Shown piece after piece: positions 23,592-33,111 of a stretch of DNA of 64,000 bases. The notes under the pieces are model-generated. The model made no database searches, was not told the origin of the DNA, and saw only the letters and a program-made list of their open reading frames with translations. Positions within the stretch are counted from its first letter, which is position 1. Every line of letters starts with the position of its first letter. This DNA comes from Acidimicrobiales bacterium (GTDB lineage: Bacteria > Actinomycetota > Acidimicrobiia > Acidimicrobiales > VFJN01). The position numbers were made by a program, and so were the translations under genes. The stretch lies in assembly GCA_036275535.1 (NCBI GenBank), contig DASUDP010000085.1:14674-78673 (forward strand), written 5' to 3'.

Positions 23592-23980
23592 CGACCCCGG
23601 TCGACTGGGAGGCCCTCCGGGCCCTGGCCATCGATGCGTCCCGGCGGGCCTACGTGCCGTACTCCCACTACCCCGTGGGGGTGGCCGGCCTCGTCGACGA
23701 CGGCCGGGTGCTGGCCGCCTGCAACGTGGAGAACGCGTCGTACGGGCTGACCCTGTGCGCCGAGTGCGGCCTCGTGTCGGAGCTCTACGCCACCGGCGGC
23801 GGCCGCCTGGTGGCGGTGGCCTGCGTCGACGGGAGCGGCCAGCCCCTGGTCCCCTGCGGCCGCTGCCGCCAGCTGCTCCACGAGCACGGCGGCCCGGAGC
23901 TGCTGTTCAACGAGCGACGGCTGGGCGAGCTGCTGCCCGACGCCTTCGGCCCCCAGCACCTCGAGGGGGGTGCACCGTGA
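23588..23980 (+). CDS. cdd: cytidine deaminase
   Basis: 130 aa with zinc motifs CAECGLV and PCGRCRQLL. Confidence 0.93.
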   Translation: MTTPVDWEALRALAIDASRRAYVPYSHYPVGVAGLVDDGRVLAACNVENASYGLTLCAECGLVSELYATGGGRLVAVACVDGSGQPLVPCGRCRQLLHEHGGPELLFNERRLGELLPDAFGPQHLEGGAP

Positions 23981-25248
23981 ACGTCATCGACCTCATCATC
24001 GCCAAGCGCGACGGCGGGCGGCTCTCGCCCGAGCAGATCGACTGGTTCATCCGGTCGTACACCGACGGCGACGTGCCCGACGAGCAGGCCTCGGCCCTGC
24101 TCATGGCCATCCTCTTCCGCGGCCTCGACGGTGACGAGCTGGCCCGCTGGACGGCTCAGATGATCGCCACCGGCACCCGGGCCGACCTCTCCGAGCTCGG
24201 CAAGCCCACGGTGGACAAGCACTCCACCGGCGGCGTGGGCGACAAGATCTCGCTCATCGTGTGCCCGCTGCTGGCGGCGTGTGGGGCGGCCGTACCCCAG
24301 ACGGCGGGCCGGGGCCTCGGCCACACCGGTGGCACCCTCGACAAGATGGAGACGATCCCCGGCTGGCGGTCGACGCTCACCCCCGAGGAGGTGCGGCGGA
24401 TCCTGGCCGACAGCGGGGCCGTCATCAACGCCGCCGGGCCCGACCTCGCCCCCGCCGACCGCAAGCTCTACGCCCTGCGGGACATCACGGGGACCGTCGA
24501 GTCCATCCCGCTCATCGCCAGCTCGATCATGTCGAAGAAGATCGCCGAGGGCACCGGGGCGCTGGTGCTCGACGTGAAGGTGGGCAGCGGCGCCTTCATG
24601 AAGGACGAGACCCGGGCCCACGAGCTGGCCGAGACGATGGTGGGCCTCGGCGCCGCCCACGACGTGCGCACCGTCGCCCTCCTCACCCAGATGGACGTCC
24701 CGCTCGGCCGCACCGCCGGCAACGCCCTCGAGGTGGTGGAGGCGGTGGAGGTGCTGGCCGGCGGTGGGCCCTCCGATGTGGTGGAGCTGAGCCTGGCCCT
24801 CGCCCGCGAGATGCTCGACCTCGTCGGCATGGACGGCCTCGACCCGGCCGACCTGCTGGCTGACGGCCGGGCCATGGACGCCTGGACCGCCCTCGTCCGG
24901 GCCCAGGGCGGCGACCCGACCGCCGAGCTGCCCCGGGCCCGCGAGGTGGAGGTGGTCCCAGCCCCCGCCACGGGCACGCTGAGTCGCCTCGACGCCATGG
25001 CCGTCGGCGTGGCCGCCTGGCGCCTCGGCGCCGGTCGCGCTCGCAAGGAGGACCCGGTGTCCCCCATCGCCGGCGTGACGTGGCGGGCCACCGTCGGCGA
25101 CGCCGTCACCGAGGGCCAGCCCCTCCTCGAGCTCCACCTCGACGACCCCGCCAAGCTCGATGGCGCCCTCGAGGCCCTCGCCGGCGCCATCGAGGTCTCC
25201 CCCGGCCCCGTCACCCACCCACCGATGGTCCTCGGCCGAGTGGACTGA
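23977..25248 (+). CDS. deoA: thymidine / pyrimidine-nucleoside phosphorylase
   Basis: VNVIDLIIAKRDGG..., DKHSTGGVGDK and TGGTLDKME motifs. GTGA overlap with cdd. Confidence 0.93.
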   Translation: MNVIDLIIAKRDGGRLSPEQIDWFIRSYTDGDVPDEQASALLMAILFRGLDGDELARWTAQMIATGTRADLSELGKPTVDKHSTGGVGDKISLIVCPLLAACGAAVPQTAGRGLGHTGGTLDKMETIPGWRSTLTPEEVRRILADSGAVINAAGPDLAPADRKLYALRDITGTVESIPLIASSIMSKKIAEGTGALVLDVKVGSGAFMKDETRAHELAETMVGLGAAHDVRTVALLTQMDVPLGRTAGNALEVVEAVEVLAGGGPSDVVELSLALAREMLDLVGMDGLDPADLLADGRAMDAWTALVRAQGGDPTAELPRAREVEVVPAPATGTLSRLDAMAVGVAAWRLGAGRARKEDPVSPIAGVTWRATVGDAVTEGQPLLELHLDDPAKLDGALEALAGAIEVSPGPVTHPPMVLGRVD

Positions 25249-25253
25249 CCAAC

Positions 25254-25316
25254 CAACCAACGTCTGTGGACGCCGGCGCACGCCATGCGAGCATGGACGT
25301 CCACAGACGTCGGTTG
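25254..25316. terminator. long hairpin between convergent deoA and S9 peptidase genes (possible bidirectional terminator)
   Basis: 19-nt arms CAACCAACGTCTGTGGACG / CGTCCACAGACGTCGGTTG (one mismatch) with a 25-nt loop. No U-run. Confidence 0.4.
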
Positions 25317-27266
25317 CTAGAGGTTCTCGACGGGGAGCTGGGGGATCTGCTCGTCGGGCGGGAGGTCGAAGCCGAGGACCTGGGCGTAGAAGCTGAGCTC
25401 GCCGTCGAGCGCGGCTCGGATGTTCTCGGCCCGGCGGAAGCCGTGCTGCTCGCCCTCGAAGGGCACGTAGGCCACGGGGACGCCCTTGGCCCGCACCGCC
25501 TCGACGATCATCTCCGCCTGGTTGGGCGGCACCACCTCGTCCTCCAGGCCCTGGAAGACCACGAGCGGCCGGTCGAGCTGGTCGGTGTGGTTGATCGGCG
25601 ACCGCTCGTCGTAGACGGCCTTGGCCTCCGGCCAGGGACCGACGAGGCCGTCGAGGTAGCGGCTCTCGAACTTGTGGGTGTCGGCGGCCAGGGCGCCGAG
25701 GTCGGCCACGCCGTAGTGGCTGGCGCCGGCTGCGAACGTGTCGTCCCGGGCCAGCGCAGCGAGGGTGGTGTAGCCGCCGGCTGACCCGCCGCGGATGCAG
25801 AGGCGGTCCGGGTCGACGTCGCCGCGCTGCACGAGGAAGCGGCAGACGGCTGCGCAGTCCTCGACGTCAGCGATCCCCCACTGCCCCTGCAGGAGGTCCC
25901 GGTAGGCCCGGCCGTAGCCGCTCGATCCCCGGTAGTTGACGTCGACGACGGCGAAGCCCCGACTGGTCCAGTACTGCTTGGCCAGCGCCAGCAGCGGGCG
26001 GGCCGCGGAGGTGGGCCCGCCGTGGATCATGACGAGCAGGGGTGGCCGCTCCCCCTCGGGACCGGTCACCTCGGGGTTGGTGGGCGGGTAGTAGAGGGCG
26101 TGGGCGGTCTGGCCGTCCCCGGTGGGGAACTCGACCGGCTCCGGGACGGAGAACCACCGCTCGTCGAGTCCCAGGTCCCTCGGCGGAACCACCACCTCGG
26201 GCTCGCCGGCGGCGAGGGCGGCCACCGGGAGGCGGACGACGTGGGGCTCCTCGGTGGGGGACGCCGGGAGGAAGGCGCAGCCACCGGCGTCGGCGCAGAG
26301 AGCGTCGAAGGACGTGCAACGCAGGTGGTCCATCGCGGCAACGATCTGCTCGCCACCTCCGAGCGACCAGAGGGTGAGGTGCTGGGTGCCGCCGTCGTGG
26401 TGGACGGTGGCGAGTCGGTCGGCGTCGAGGAAGGCGAAGGACCGCTGACCGAACACCCACTGGGGGTCGCCGATGTCGCGCTCCAGGTCGATCACCAGCT
26501 CCCGCCCGCTCTCGCGGGTCCAGCGGTAGAGGCTCCAGAAGCCGGTGCGGTCGCCGCCGAACCAGAGGCTCCCGTCCGGGGCCCAGGTGGGCTGGACGAT
26601 CGACTCGCGCTCGTCGCCGCCCGCCACGACGGTGCGGGCGCCGTCCTCGTCGACCACCAGGCGGGTGGCGTCCCACGGCATGTCCGGGTGGTCCCACTCC
26701 AGCCAGCAGAACCCACCACCGTCGGGCCGCCAGCGCGGGTCGGCCACGAAGTCCGGTCCGCTGACGACGACCGCGGGCGTGGACGGCTCGTGGGCGGACA
26801 GGCGAACGATCGTGTTGGTGGCCTCGCGTCCGTCGGCGTGGTGCTCCTCCTGGACGCAGAGCAGCGTGGTGCCGTCGGGGCTGACGTCACCGTCTGCGTA
26901 GCGCAGCCCACGGGGAACGCCGGGCTCGGGGGTCAGGGCGACCGGCTCGCCACCTGGTGCCAGCCGGTGGATCCGCTGGGACGTCCAGTCGGCGAACCAG
27001 AGCACCCCGTCGCGCACCCACCAGGCACCCCCGCCGTACTCGTGGACGGCGCTGCGGGCGTTCCCGGGAGCCGCGAGGACCTCGGTCAGGGTGCCGTCGG
27101 CCGTGCACCGCAGCACGGCGGTGCGCCCTCCCTCCTCGGGCCGGCTCTCGGACCACCAGAGGTCCTCCCCGTCCAGCTGGAGCCCGTTCGGCAACCGGGC
27201 CGCTTTGACAACGAGCGCCGAGGTGACCGGCGTGGGCCAGGAGCCGAAGGGCAGGACGGCGGTCAC
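25317..27266 (-). CDS. S9-family serine peptidase (prolyl oligopeptidase / acylaminoacyl-peptidase type)
   Basis: N-terminal beta-propeller region and a C-terminal alpha/beta domain with GGSAGGY (nucleophile) and a D..H tail. GTGA overlap with the upstream aminotransferase gene. Confidence 0.9.
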   Translation of the reverse strand: MTAVLPFGSWPTPVTSALVVKAARLPNGLQLDGEDLWWSESRPEEGGRTAVLRCTADGTLTEVLAAPGNARSAVHEYGGGAWWVRDGVLWFADWTSQRIHRLAPGGEPVALTPEPGVPRGLRYADGDVSPDGTTLLCVQEEHHADGREATNTIVRLSAHEPSTPAVVVSGPDFVADPRWRPDGGGFCWLEWDHPDMPWDATRLVVDEDGARTVVAGGDERESIVQPTWAPDGSLWFGGDRTGFWSLYRWTRESGRELVIDLERDIGDPQWVFGQRSFAFLDADRLATVHHDGGTQHLTLWSLGGGEQIVAAMDHLRCTSFDALCADAGGCAFLPASPTEEPHVVRLPVAALAAGEPEVVVPPRDLGLDERWFSVPEPVEFPTGDGQTAHALYYPPTNPEVTGPEGERPPLLVMIHGGPTSAARPLLALAKQYWTSRGFAVVDVNYRGSSGYGRAYRDLLQGQWGIADVEDCAAVCRFLVQRGDVDPDRLCIRGGSAGGYTTLAALARDDTFAAGASHYGVADLGALAADTHKFESRYLDGLVGPWPEAKAVYDERSPINHTDQLDRPLVVFQGLEDEVVPPNQAEMIVEAVRAKGVPVAYVPFEGEQHGFRRAENIRAALDGELSFYAQVLGFDLPPDEQIPQLPVENL

Positions 27267-28480
27267 TCCGCTTCGGCGAGCAGGTCGGCGATGCGCTGGC
27301 AGCCCTCGCCGAGGTCGTCGTCACCCAGGGCGTAGCTCAGGCGGGCGTAGCCGGGGGCGTCGAAGGCCTCGCCGGGGACGACGGCCACCTTGGCCTCGTC
27401 GAGCAGCACGGTGCACAGCTCGACGGTGGTGGTGGACGTGCGGCCGCGGATCGACCGGCCCAGGTAGGCCGACAGGTTGGGGAAGCTGTAGAACGCCCCC
27501 TGGGGCTCGAGGGCGGTGACCCCCTCGATGCCGGTGAGCAGCCGGTGCATCGTGTTGCCCCGGCGCTCGAAGGCGGCCCGCATCTCGGCCACGGCGCTGA
27601 GGTCGCCACTGACGGCGGCCAGCGCGGCGCGCTGGCTCACATTGGCAACGTTCGACGTGGCGTGGCTCTGCAGGTTGGTGGCTGCCTTGATGATGTCGTT
27701 CGGGCCGATCATCCAGCCGACCCGCCACCCGGTCATGGCGTACGTCTTGGCGACGCCGTTGAGCACGACGCAGCGGTCGGCCAGCTCGGGCACGAGCGCG
27801 GGCATTGACGCGAACCGGTGCTGGCCGTAGACGAGGTGCTCGTAGATCTCGTCGGTGATGACCCAGATGCCCTTCTCGGCCGCCCAGCGCCCGATGGCCT
27901 CCACCTCCGACACCGGGTACACCGCGCCCGTCGGGTTCGACGGCGACACGAACATGAGCGCCTTCGTGTTGGCGGTGACCGCCGCGTCGAGCTGGTCGAC
28001 GGTGACGCGGAAGCCCGTCGTCTCATCCGTCGGGAGGACGACGGGCACGCCGCCGGCGAGGGCGATGGGCTCCGGGTAGGTGGTCCAGTACGGGGCCGGC
28101 AGCAGCACCTCGTCACCCGGATCGAGCAGGGTGGCGAAGGTGTTGTAGACAGCGTGCTTGCCGCCGTTGGTCACGAGCACCTGGGACGCCTCGACCGAGT
28201 AGTCCGAGTCGCGCAGCGTCTTGGCGGCGATGGCCTCCTTCAGCTCGGGCAGCCCGCCGGCCGGCGTGTACTTGTGGTTCTTCGGGTCACGGCAGGCGAC
28301 CACCGCCGCCTCGACGATCGCCTCGGGCGTGGGGAAGTCCGGTTCGCCCGCTCCGAAGCCGATCACGGGCTCCCCGGCCGCCTTGAGGGCCTTGGCCTTG
28401 GCGTCGACGGCCAGGGTGGCCGACTCGGCGATGGCGGCGATGCGAGCGGACACGCGGCGCTCGGTGCGGGGGGTGGCCAC
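27263..28480 (-). CDS. class I/II PLP-dependent aminotransferase (aspartate aminotransferase-like)
   Basis: SPSNPTG and the PLP lysine context [15 protein letters not shown] at 28480 chosen for SD GAAGGAG. Confidence 0.88.
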   Translation of the reverse strand: MATPRTERRVSARIAAIAESATLAVDAKAKALKAAGEPVIGFGAGEPDFPTPEAIVEAAVVACRDPKNHKYTPAGGLPELKEAIAAKTLRDSDYSVEASQVLVTNGGKHAVYNTFATLLDPGDEVLLPAPYWTTYPEPIALAGGVPVVLPTDETTGFRVTVDQLDAAVTANTKALMFVSPSNPTGAVYPVSEVEAIGRWAAEKGIWVITDEIYEHLVYGQHRFASMPALVPELADRCVVLNGVAKTYAMTGWRVGWMIGPNDIIKAATNLQSHATSNVANVSQRAALAAVSGDLSAVAEMRAAFERRGNTMHRLLTGIEGVTALEPQGAFYSFPNLSAYLGRSIRGRTSTTTVELCTVLLDEAKVAVVPGEAFDAPGYARLSYALGDDDLGEGCQRIADLLAEAE

Positions 28481-28608
28481 AGAGTCTCCTTCGGTGGACG
28501 GACCCCGCCATGGTGGCACGTGCACCCTCGGCGACCCGAAGCCGTTGCCCGGTCCGGCACGAGCGATCCAGGTCGCTCGATCGGGGGGCCATCCGCGATC
28601 ATGGGCCG

Positions 28609-29757
28609 GTGAGCACCCCCCTCCCCGACATCCGGATCCCCGCCGACCTCCTCCCCGCCGACGGGCGCTTCGGGTGCGGCCCCTCCAAGGTGCGGCCGGA
28701 GGCCGTCGAGGCGCTCCTGGCGTCGTCCGACCCGGCCAACGGGGGCCCGTACCTCGGAACGTCCCACCGCCAGGCGCGGGTGCAGTTCGAGGTGGGGGGG
28801 CTGCGCAACGCCCTGGCCGAGCTGTTCGCGCTGCCCGACGGCTACGAGGTGATCCTCGGCAACGGGGGGACGACCTCGTTCTGGGATGCCGCCACCTTCG
28901 GGCTCATCGAGGAGCGCAGCCAGCACCTGCGCTTCGGTGAGTTCTCCTCGAAGTTCGCGGAGGCGGCCACCGCCACGCCGCACCTGAAGGAGCCCTCGAA
29001 CCTCTTCGCCGACCCGGGCAGCCACCCCCTACCGGTGGCCGATCCCGAGGTCGACGCCTACTGCCTCACCCACAACGAGACGTCCACCGGCGTCGCCATG
29101 CCCCTCGAGCGGCCCGCAGGGGCCGACGGCCTCGTCCTCGTCGACGCCACCTCGGCGGCTGGGGGCCTGCGCTTCGACCCCAACGAGGTCGACGTCTACT
29201 ACTTCGCCCCCCAGAAGTGCCTGGCCAGCGACGGGGGCCTGTGGCTGGCCGCCGTCTCCCCCGCCGCCGTCGAGCGCATCGAGCGCATCGCCGCCTCCGA
29301 CCGCTGGGTCCCCGCCTCGCTCGACCTGAAGATCGCCCTCGACAACAGCCGCAAGGACCAGACCTACAACACCCCGGCCCTGGCCACGGTGTTCCTGGCC
29401 AACCAGCAGGTCGAGTGGATCAATCAGAACGGCGGGCTGCACTGGGCCGCCTCACGGTGCGACCAGTCGGCCGAGGCCATCTACGGCTGGGCCGAGGCGT
29501 CGAGCTACGCCACGCCCTTCGTCACCGACCCCGCGATGCGCAGCCACGTCGTCGCCACGATCGATCTCGACGAGTCGGCGGCCGACGCCAACGTCGTCGC
29601 CAAGGTCCTCCGGGCCAACGGCGTGCTCGACACGGAGAGCTACCGCAAGCTGGGCCGCAACCAGCTCCGCGTCGCCCTCTTCCCCGCCATCGATCCTGCC
29701 GACGTGGTCGCCCTCACCCACTGCATCGACCATGTCGTCAGCCAGCTCTCGGCCTGA
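28609..29757 (+). CDS. serC: phosphoserine aminotransferase (actinobacterial type)
   Basis: [22 protein letters not shown]..., HNETSTG and [16 protein letters not shown]. In-frame GTG at 28609 chosen. Confidence 0.88.
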   Translation: MSTPLPDIRIPADLLPADGRFGCGPSKVRPEAVEALLASSDPANGGPYLGTSHRQARVQFEVGGLRNALAELFALPDGYEVILGNGGTTSFWDAATFGLIEERSQHLRFGEFSSKFAEAATATPHLKEPSNLFADPGSHPLPVADPEVDAYCLTHNETSTGVAMPLERPAGADGLVLVDATSAAGGLRFDPNEVDVYYFAPQKCLASDGGLWLAAVSPAAVERIERIAASDRWVPASLDLKIALDNSRKDQTYNTPALATVFLANQQVEWINQNGGLHWAASRCDQSAEAIYGWAEASSYATPFVTDPAMRSHVVATIDLDESAADANVVAKVLRANGVLDTESYRKLGRNQLRVALFPAIDPADVVALTHCIDHVVSQLSA

Positions 29758-29766
29758 CCCCCCGGC

Positions 29767-29916
29767 GCGTCCCGTGCGCTGACCGACCGCCCGGGTCGCT
29801 TCGCGCACGCGAGTGGGTCTGCGCACGCGTCGGCCGCCGGCCAGGCCCCGCGTCCCGTGCGCTGACCGACCGCCCGGGTCGCTTCGCGCACGCGAGTGGG
29901 TCTGCGCACGCGTCGG
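29767..29916 (-). repeat. tandem duplication (83-bp period) of repeat family 1 in inverted orientation
   Basis: 29767-29833 and 29850-29916 are identical. Their reverse complement matches the 3317 unit at about 49 of 64 positions by hand alignment. Confidence 0.85.
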
Positions 29917-29928
29917 TAGGTTCGGGCG

Positions 29929-30837
29929 ATGCGCTTCTCGATCTGGCCCACCCTGTCCCAGCCCTGGTCCGACGTCCTCGACGTCGCCCGGCACGCGGAG
30001 GCCACGGGATGGGACGGCGTCTACGCGGCCGACCACTTCATGGGCAGCGGCGGCGAGTTCGGGCCGGACACGACGCCGAACCTGGAGGGCACCGCGGTGC
30101 TCGCCGCGCTGGCCGCCGTCACGGATCGCGTCCGCCTCGGCAGCCTGGTGTTCGGCAACACCTACCGGCACCCCGCCGTGCTGGCGAACTGGGCGGCCAC
30201 CGTCGACCACGTGAGCGACGGACGGCTGGTGCTCGGCATCGGCGCCGGCTGGCAGGAGAACGAGCACGAGCAGTACGGAATCGAGCTGCCGCCACCGGGT
30301 CGACGCCTGGACCGATTCGAGGAGGCCTGCCAGGTGATCCTCGGCCTGCTGCGCCAGGACCGCACCAGCGTGGCCGGAGAGCACTACCGGCTGACCGACG
30401 CCGTCGCCGAGCCGAAGCCGTTGCAGCAGCCGCTGCCGCTGCTGATCGGTGGCAAGGGCGACCGGATGATGGGCATCGTGGCCCGCTATGCGGACCAGTG
30501 GAACATGTGGGGCCTGCCGGACGCGATCGCCGAGCGCTCGGCCGTGCTGGACCGCCGCTGCGAGGCCATCGACCGCGATCCCGCCACGGTCGAGCGCAGC
30601 GCCCAGGCGCTGATCATGCTCACCGACGATCGGGCCAAGGCGGAGGCCTTCGTGGCCGGCACCGGCGGCCGAGCCGCGGTGGCGGGGACGACGGACGACC
30701 TCGCCGGGGCCTGTGCGGCCTGGCAGTCGGTCGGCCTCGACGAGCTCATCGTCCCCGACTTCGTGCTCGGGACGGGCGCCGCCAAGCTCGACCGCATGGA
30801 CGCCATCGCCGAGCAGGTCGCGCCGATGTTCCGCTGA
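29929..30837 (+). CDS. LLM-class (luciferase-like) F420-dependent oxidoreductase
   Basis: 302 aa with MRFSIWP..., GRLVLGIGAGWQENEH and LLIGGKGDRMM patterns typical of this family. Confidence 0.85.
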   Translation: MRFSIWPTLSQPWSDVLDVARHAEATGWDGVYAADHFMGSGGEFGPDTTPNLEGTAVLAALAAVTDRVRLGSLVFGNTYRHPAVLANWAATVDHVSDGRLVLGIGAGWQENEHEQYGIELPPPGRRLDRFEEACQVILGLLRQDRTSVAGEHYRLTDAVAEPKPLQQPLPLLIGGKGDRMMGIVARYADQWNMWGLPDAIAERSAVLDRRCEAIDRDPATVERSAQALIMLTDDRAKAEAFVAGTGGRAAVAGTTDDLAGACAAWQSVGLDELIVPDFVLGTGAAKLDRMDAIAEQVAPMFR

Positions 30838-30842
30838 CCCGC

Positions 30843-30906
30843 CGTCGCGTGCGGAGACCGACTCGCGTGCGGGAACCCACGCCCGGCGTCGCTCGGCGCA
30901 CGCGAC
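30843..30906 (+). repeat. single diverged copy of repeat family 1
   Basis: CGTCGCGTGCGGAGACCGACTCGCGTGCGGGAACCCACGCCCGGCGTCGCTCGGCGCACGCGAC is ungapped, with about 50 of 64 positions identical to the 3317 unit. Confidence 0.8.
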
Positions 30907-30989
30907 GAACAGGCCCGGTCGCGCTGTTGGCCACGCGCCAACTGGGCGCGGGACCACTAGGTTCGGGTCCACGGACGAGGGGGAGAGGC

Positions 30990-32714
30990 ATGCCGACGAC
31001 GGCCGAGATCCGCGCCCAGCTCACCGGGCCGGGAGGGATGTTCGAGGTCACGACGGCCGAGGTGCTCGGCCGCGAGATGGAGGTGTACGCCAACCGCATG
31101 CCCTCGCTGCGGTCGGTGGCCGAGGTGGGCCTGCTGCGGGGTGACGACCAGACGTTCATCGTCTACGGCGACCGCACCTACGGGTTCGCCACGTTCGTGC
31201 AGACGGCCAACAGCGTCGCCCATGCCCTCCGGAAGCGCTTCGGCGTGGCGAAGGGCGGTCGCGTCGCCGTGCTGTCGCAGAACAACCCCGAGTGGTGCCT
31301 GACGTTCTGGGCCACGGTGTCGCAGGGCGCCGTGCTCGTCGGGCTGAACGGCTGGTGGACGACCGACGAGATCGAGTACGGCCTCCAGGACTCGGGGGCC
31401 AAGGTGCTCGTCGCCGACCGGAAGCGCTTCGAGCGCATCGCCGGGTCCCTCGACGCGGCCCCTGACCTCGAGCACGTGTTCCTCGTCGACTGCACCCCGG
31501 CCGACCTCGGGCTGGCCGACGACCAGCGGCTGCACACGTTCGACGAGCTGACGGGCTCGCCCACCGCGGACTTCGTCGACGAGGACATCGCGGAGGACGA
31601 CGCGGCGGTGATCTTCTACACGTCCGGCACGACGGGCCGGCCGAAGGGCGCCATCTCCACCCACCGGAGCATGATCGCCAACCTCCAGAACACGATGTAC
31701 AACGCCGTGGCGGGGGCGATGGGCGGGGGCGGCGCCCTCCCCGACCGCGGGGGCGGCCAGAACGTCTCGCTGTTCACGTCGCCGCTGTTCCACGTGTCGG
31801 GCTGCCACTCCACCCTCGTCGTGGGGCTGCTGGCCGGCCTGAAGCTGGTCATGCCCGAGGGCCGGTTCACCCCGGAGACGGCGCTGCAGCTCATCCAGGA
31901 CCACCACGTCACCGTGTGGGCCACCGTCCCCACGATGGTGTGGCGGGTCTGCGAGCACCCCGACCGGCACGACTACGACACGTCGTCGGTGAAGATCGTC
32001 GCCTTCGGCGGGTCGCCCTCGGCCGACGAGCTCCAGCGGATGGCGCGCGAGACGTTCCCCAACGTTACGACCACCTCCAATGCGTACGGCCTGACGGAGA
32101 CGTCCTCGGTGGCGACGGTCATCTCCGGGCAGGACGCCCTGGAGCGGCCCACCTCGGTCGGCCCGCCCGTGCCGACGGTCAGGGTGAAGATCGTCGCCCC
32201 GGAGGGCAACGAGGTGCCCACCGGCGAGACGGGCGAGGTCTGCATCCGCGGCCCCATCCTCATGGCGGGGTACTGGAACAAGCCCGAGGCCACGGCCGAA
32301 GCCATCGACCCCGACGGCTGGCTCCACACCGGCGACCTCGGCCACGTCGACGAGGACGGCTTCGTCTACATCACCGACCGCAAGAAGGACATGATCATCC
32401 GGGGCGGGGAGAACATCTACTGCGTCGAGATCGAGCAGCGCCTCGTCGGCCACCCCGATATCTCCGGCGCCGCCATCATCGGCGTCCCCCACCCCGAGCT
32501 GGGCGAGGAGGTCAAGGCCGTCGTGCAGCTCGAGGAGGGCTCGACGCTCGCCGAGGCCGACGTCCGCCAGTGGGTGGCCGACGGCCTGGCCACCTTCAAG
32601 GTGCCCACCTACGTCGAGCTCACCCACGACAAGCTGCCCCGCAACGCCAGCGGCAAGCTCCTGAAGAACGTCCTGCGCGGCGAGGGCGAGGTCAGCTTCG
32701 CCGAGACGATGTAG
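30990..32714 (+). CDS. AMP-dependent acyl-CoA synthetase/ligase
   Basis: YTSGTTGRPKGA, GLTE, TGDLG and ITDRKKDMIIRGGENI motifs. ATG at 30990 has SD GGGGGAGAGG. The long upstream part of ORF 29217..32714 is shadow. Confidence 0.9.
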   Translation: MPTTAEIRAQLTGPGGMFEVTTAEVLGREMEVYANRMPSLRSVAEVGLLRGDDQTFIVYGDRTYGFATFVQTANSVAHALRKRFGVAKGGRVAVLSQNNPEWCLTFWATVSQGAVLVGLNGWWTTDEIEYGLQDSGAKVLVADRKRFERIAGSLDAAPDLEHVFLVDCTPADLGLADDQRLHTFDELTGSPTADFVDEDIAEDDAAVIFYTSGTTGRPKGAISTHRSMIANLQNTMYNAVAGAMGGGGALPDRGGGQNVSLFTSPLFHVSGCHSTLVVGLLAGLKLVMPEGRFTPETALQLIQDHHVTVWATVPTMVWRVCEHPDRHDYDTSSVKIVAFGGSPSADELQRMARETFPNVTTTSNAYGLTETSSVATVISGQDALERPTSVGPPVPTVRVKIVAPEGNEVPTGETGEVCIRGPILMAGYWNKPEATAEAIDPDGWLHTGDLGHVDEDGFVYITDRKKDMIIRGGENIYCVEIEQRLVGHPDISGAAIIGVPHPELGEEVKAVVQLEEGSTLAEADVRQWVADGLATFKVPTYVELTHDKLPRNASGKLLKNVLRGEGEVSFAETM

Positions 32715-33111
32715 CGCCCGCCGGGAGGGCGAGGGCGGCGACGGCGGCCAGGGCCGACAGCGAGAGGGACACGAGCATGGCGACGGCGTCGGTGATGTCG
32801 AAGCCGTCGAGATGGAGGGCGTGGTAGGCGAGGTGCGGCACCCCGTAGAGGAGGGCCGCTCCGCCGGCGGCGCGGCCGGCCACCACGCTCCCCGTGACGA
32901 GGGCCAGGACCGCCACGAAGGCGAGGCCGAGGTTCAGGCCGCCGACGTCGCGCACGAGGTGCTCGTTGAAGGGCCCGTCGACGGCGACCCACACCCGGCC
33001 GGCACCGGGGAAGTCGTCGTAGAAGGACCGCGGGAAGGCTTGGGCCCACACCCCCACGAGCGCCGCGCCGCCGGCGATGACCACCAGCGCGATCTGGCGG
33101 AGGCGGGTCAC
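32692..33111 (-). CDS. small integral membrane protein, unknown function
   Basis: 139 aa with about 4 predicted TM segments. GTGA overlap with the upstream SDR gene. The 3' end overlaps the convergent synthetase gene by 23 nt. Confidence 0.55.
   Translation of the reverse strand: MTRLRQIALVVIAGGAALVGVWAQAFPRSFYDDFPGAGRVWVAVDGPFNEHLVRDVGGLNLGLAFVAVLALVTGSVVAGRAAGGAALLYGVPHLAYHALHLDGFDITDAVAMLVSLSLSALAAVAALALPAGATSSRRS

Noticed and set aside
28481-28608. Divergent spacer between the aminotransferase and serC genes, searched for a shared operator or riboswitch.
   Set aside because: Only weak imperfect palindromes are present (GGTGGCACGTGCACC; GAGCGA-TCCAGG-TCGCTC). Nothing here is distinctive.
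29217-30989. N-terminal 590 codons of the 1165-aa ORF fused to the second acyl-CoA synthetase.
   Set aside because: This part overlaps serC and the LLM oxidoreductase gene in other frames, runs through the repeats, and has an Arg/Pro-rich nonsense composition. The real start is ATG 30990, which has a strong SD.
32692-32714. Convergent 3'-end overlaps (23 nt here, 14 nt at 42351-42364), considered as possible mis-annotation or frameshift.
   Set aside because: In both pairs each partner has a coherent protein sequence to its stop codon. Short convergent overlaps are tolerated in compact high-GC genomes.
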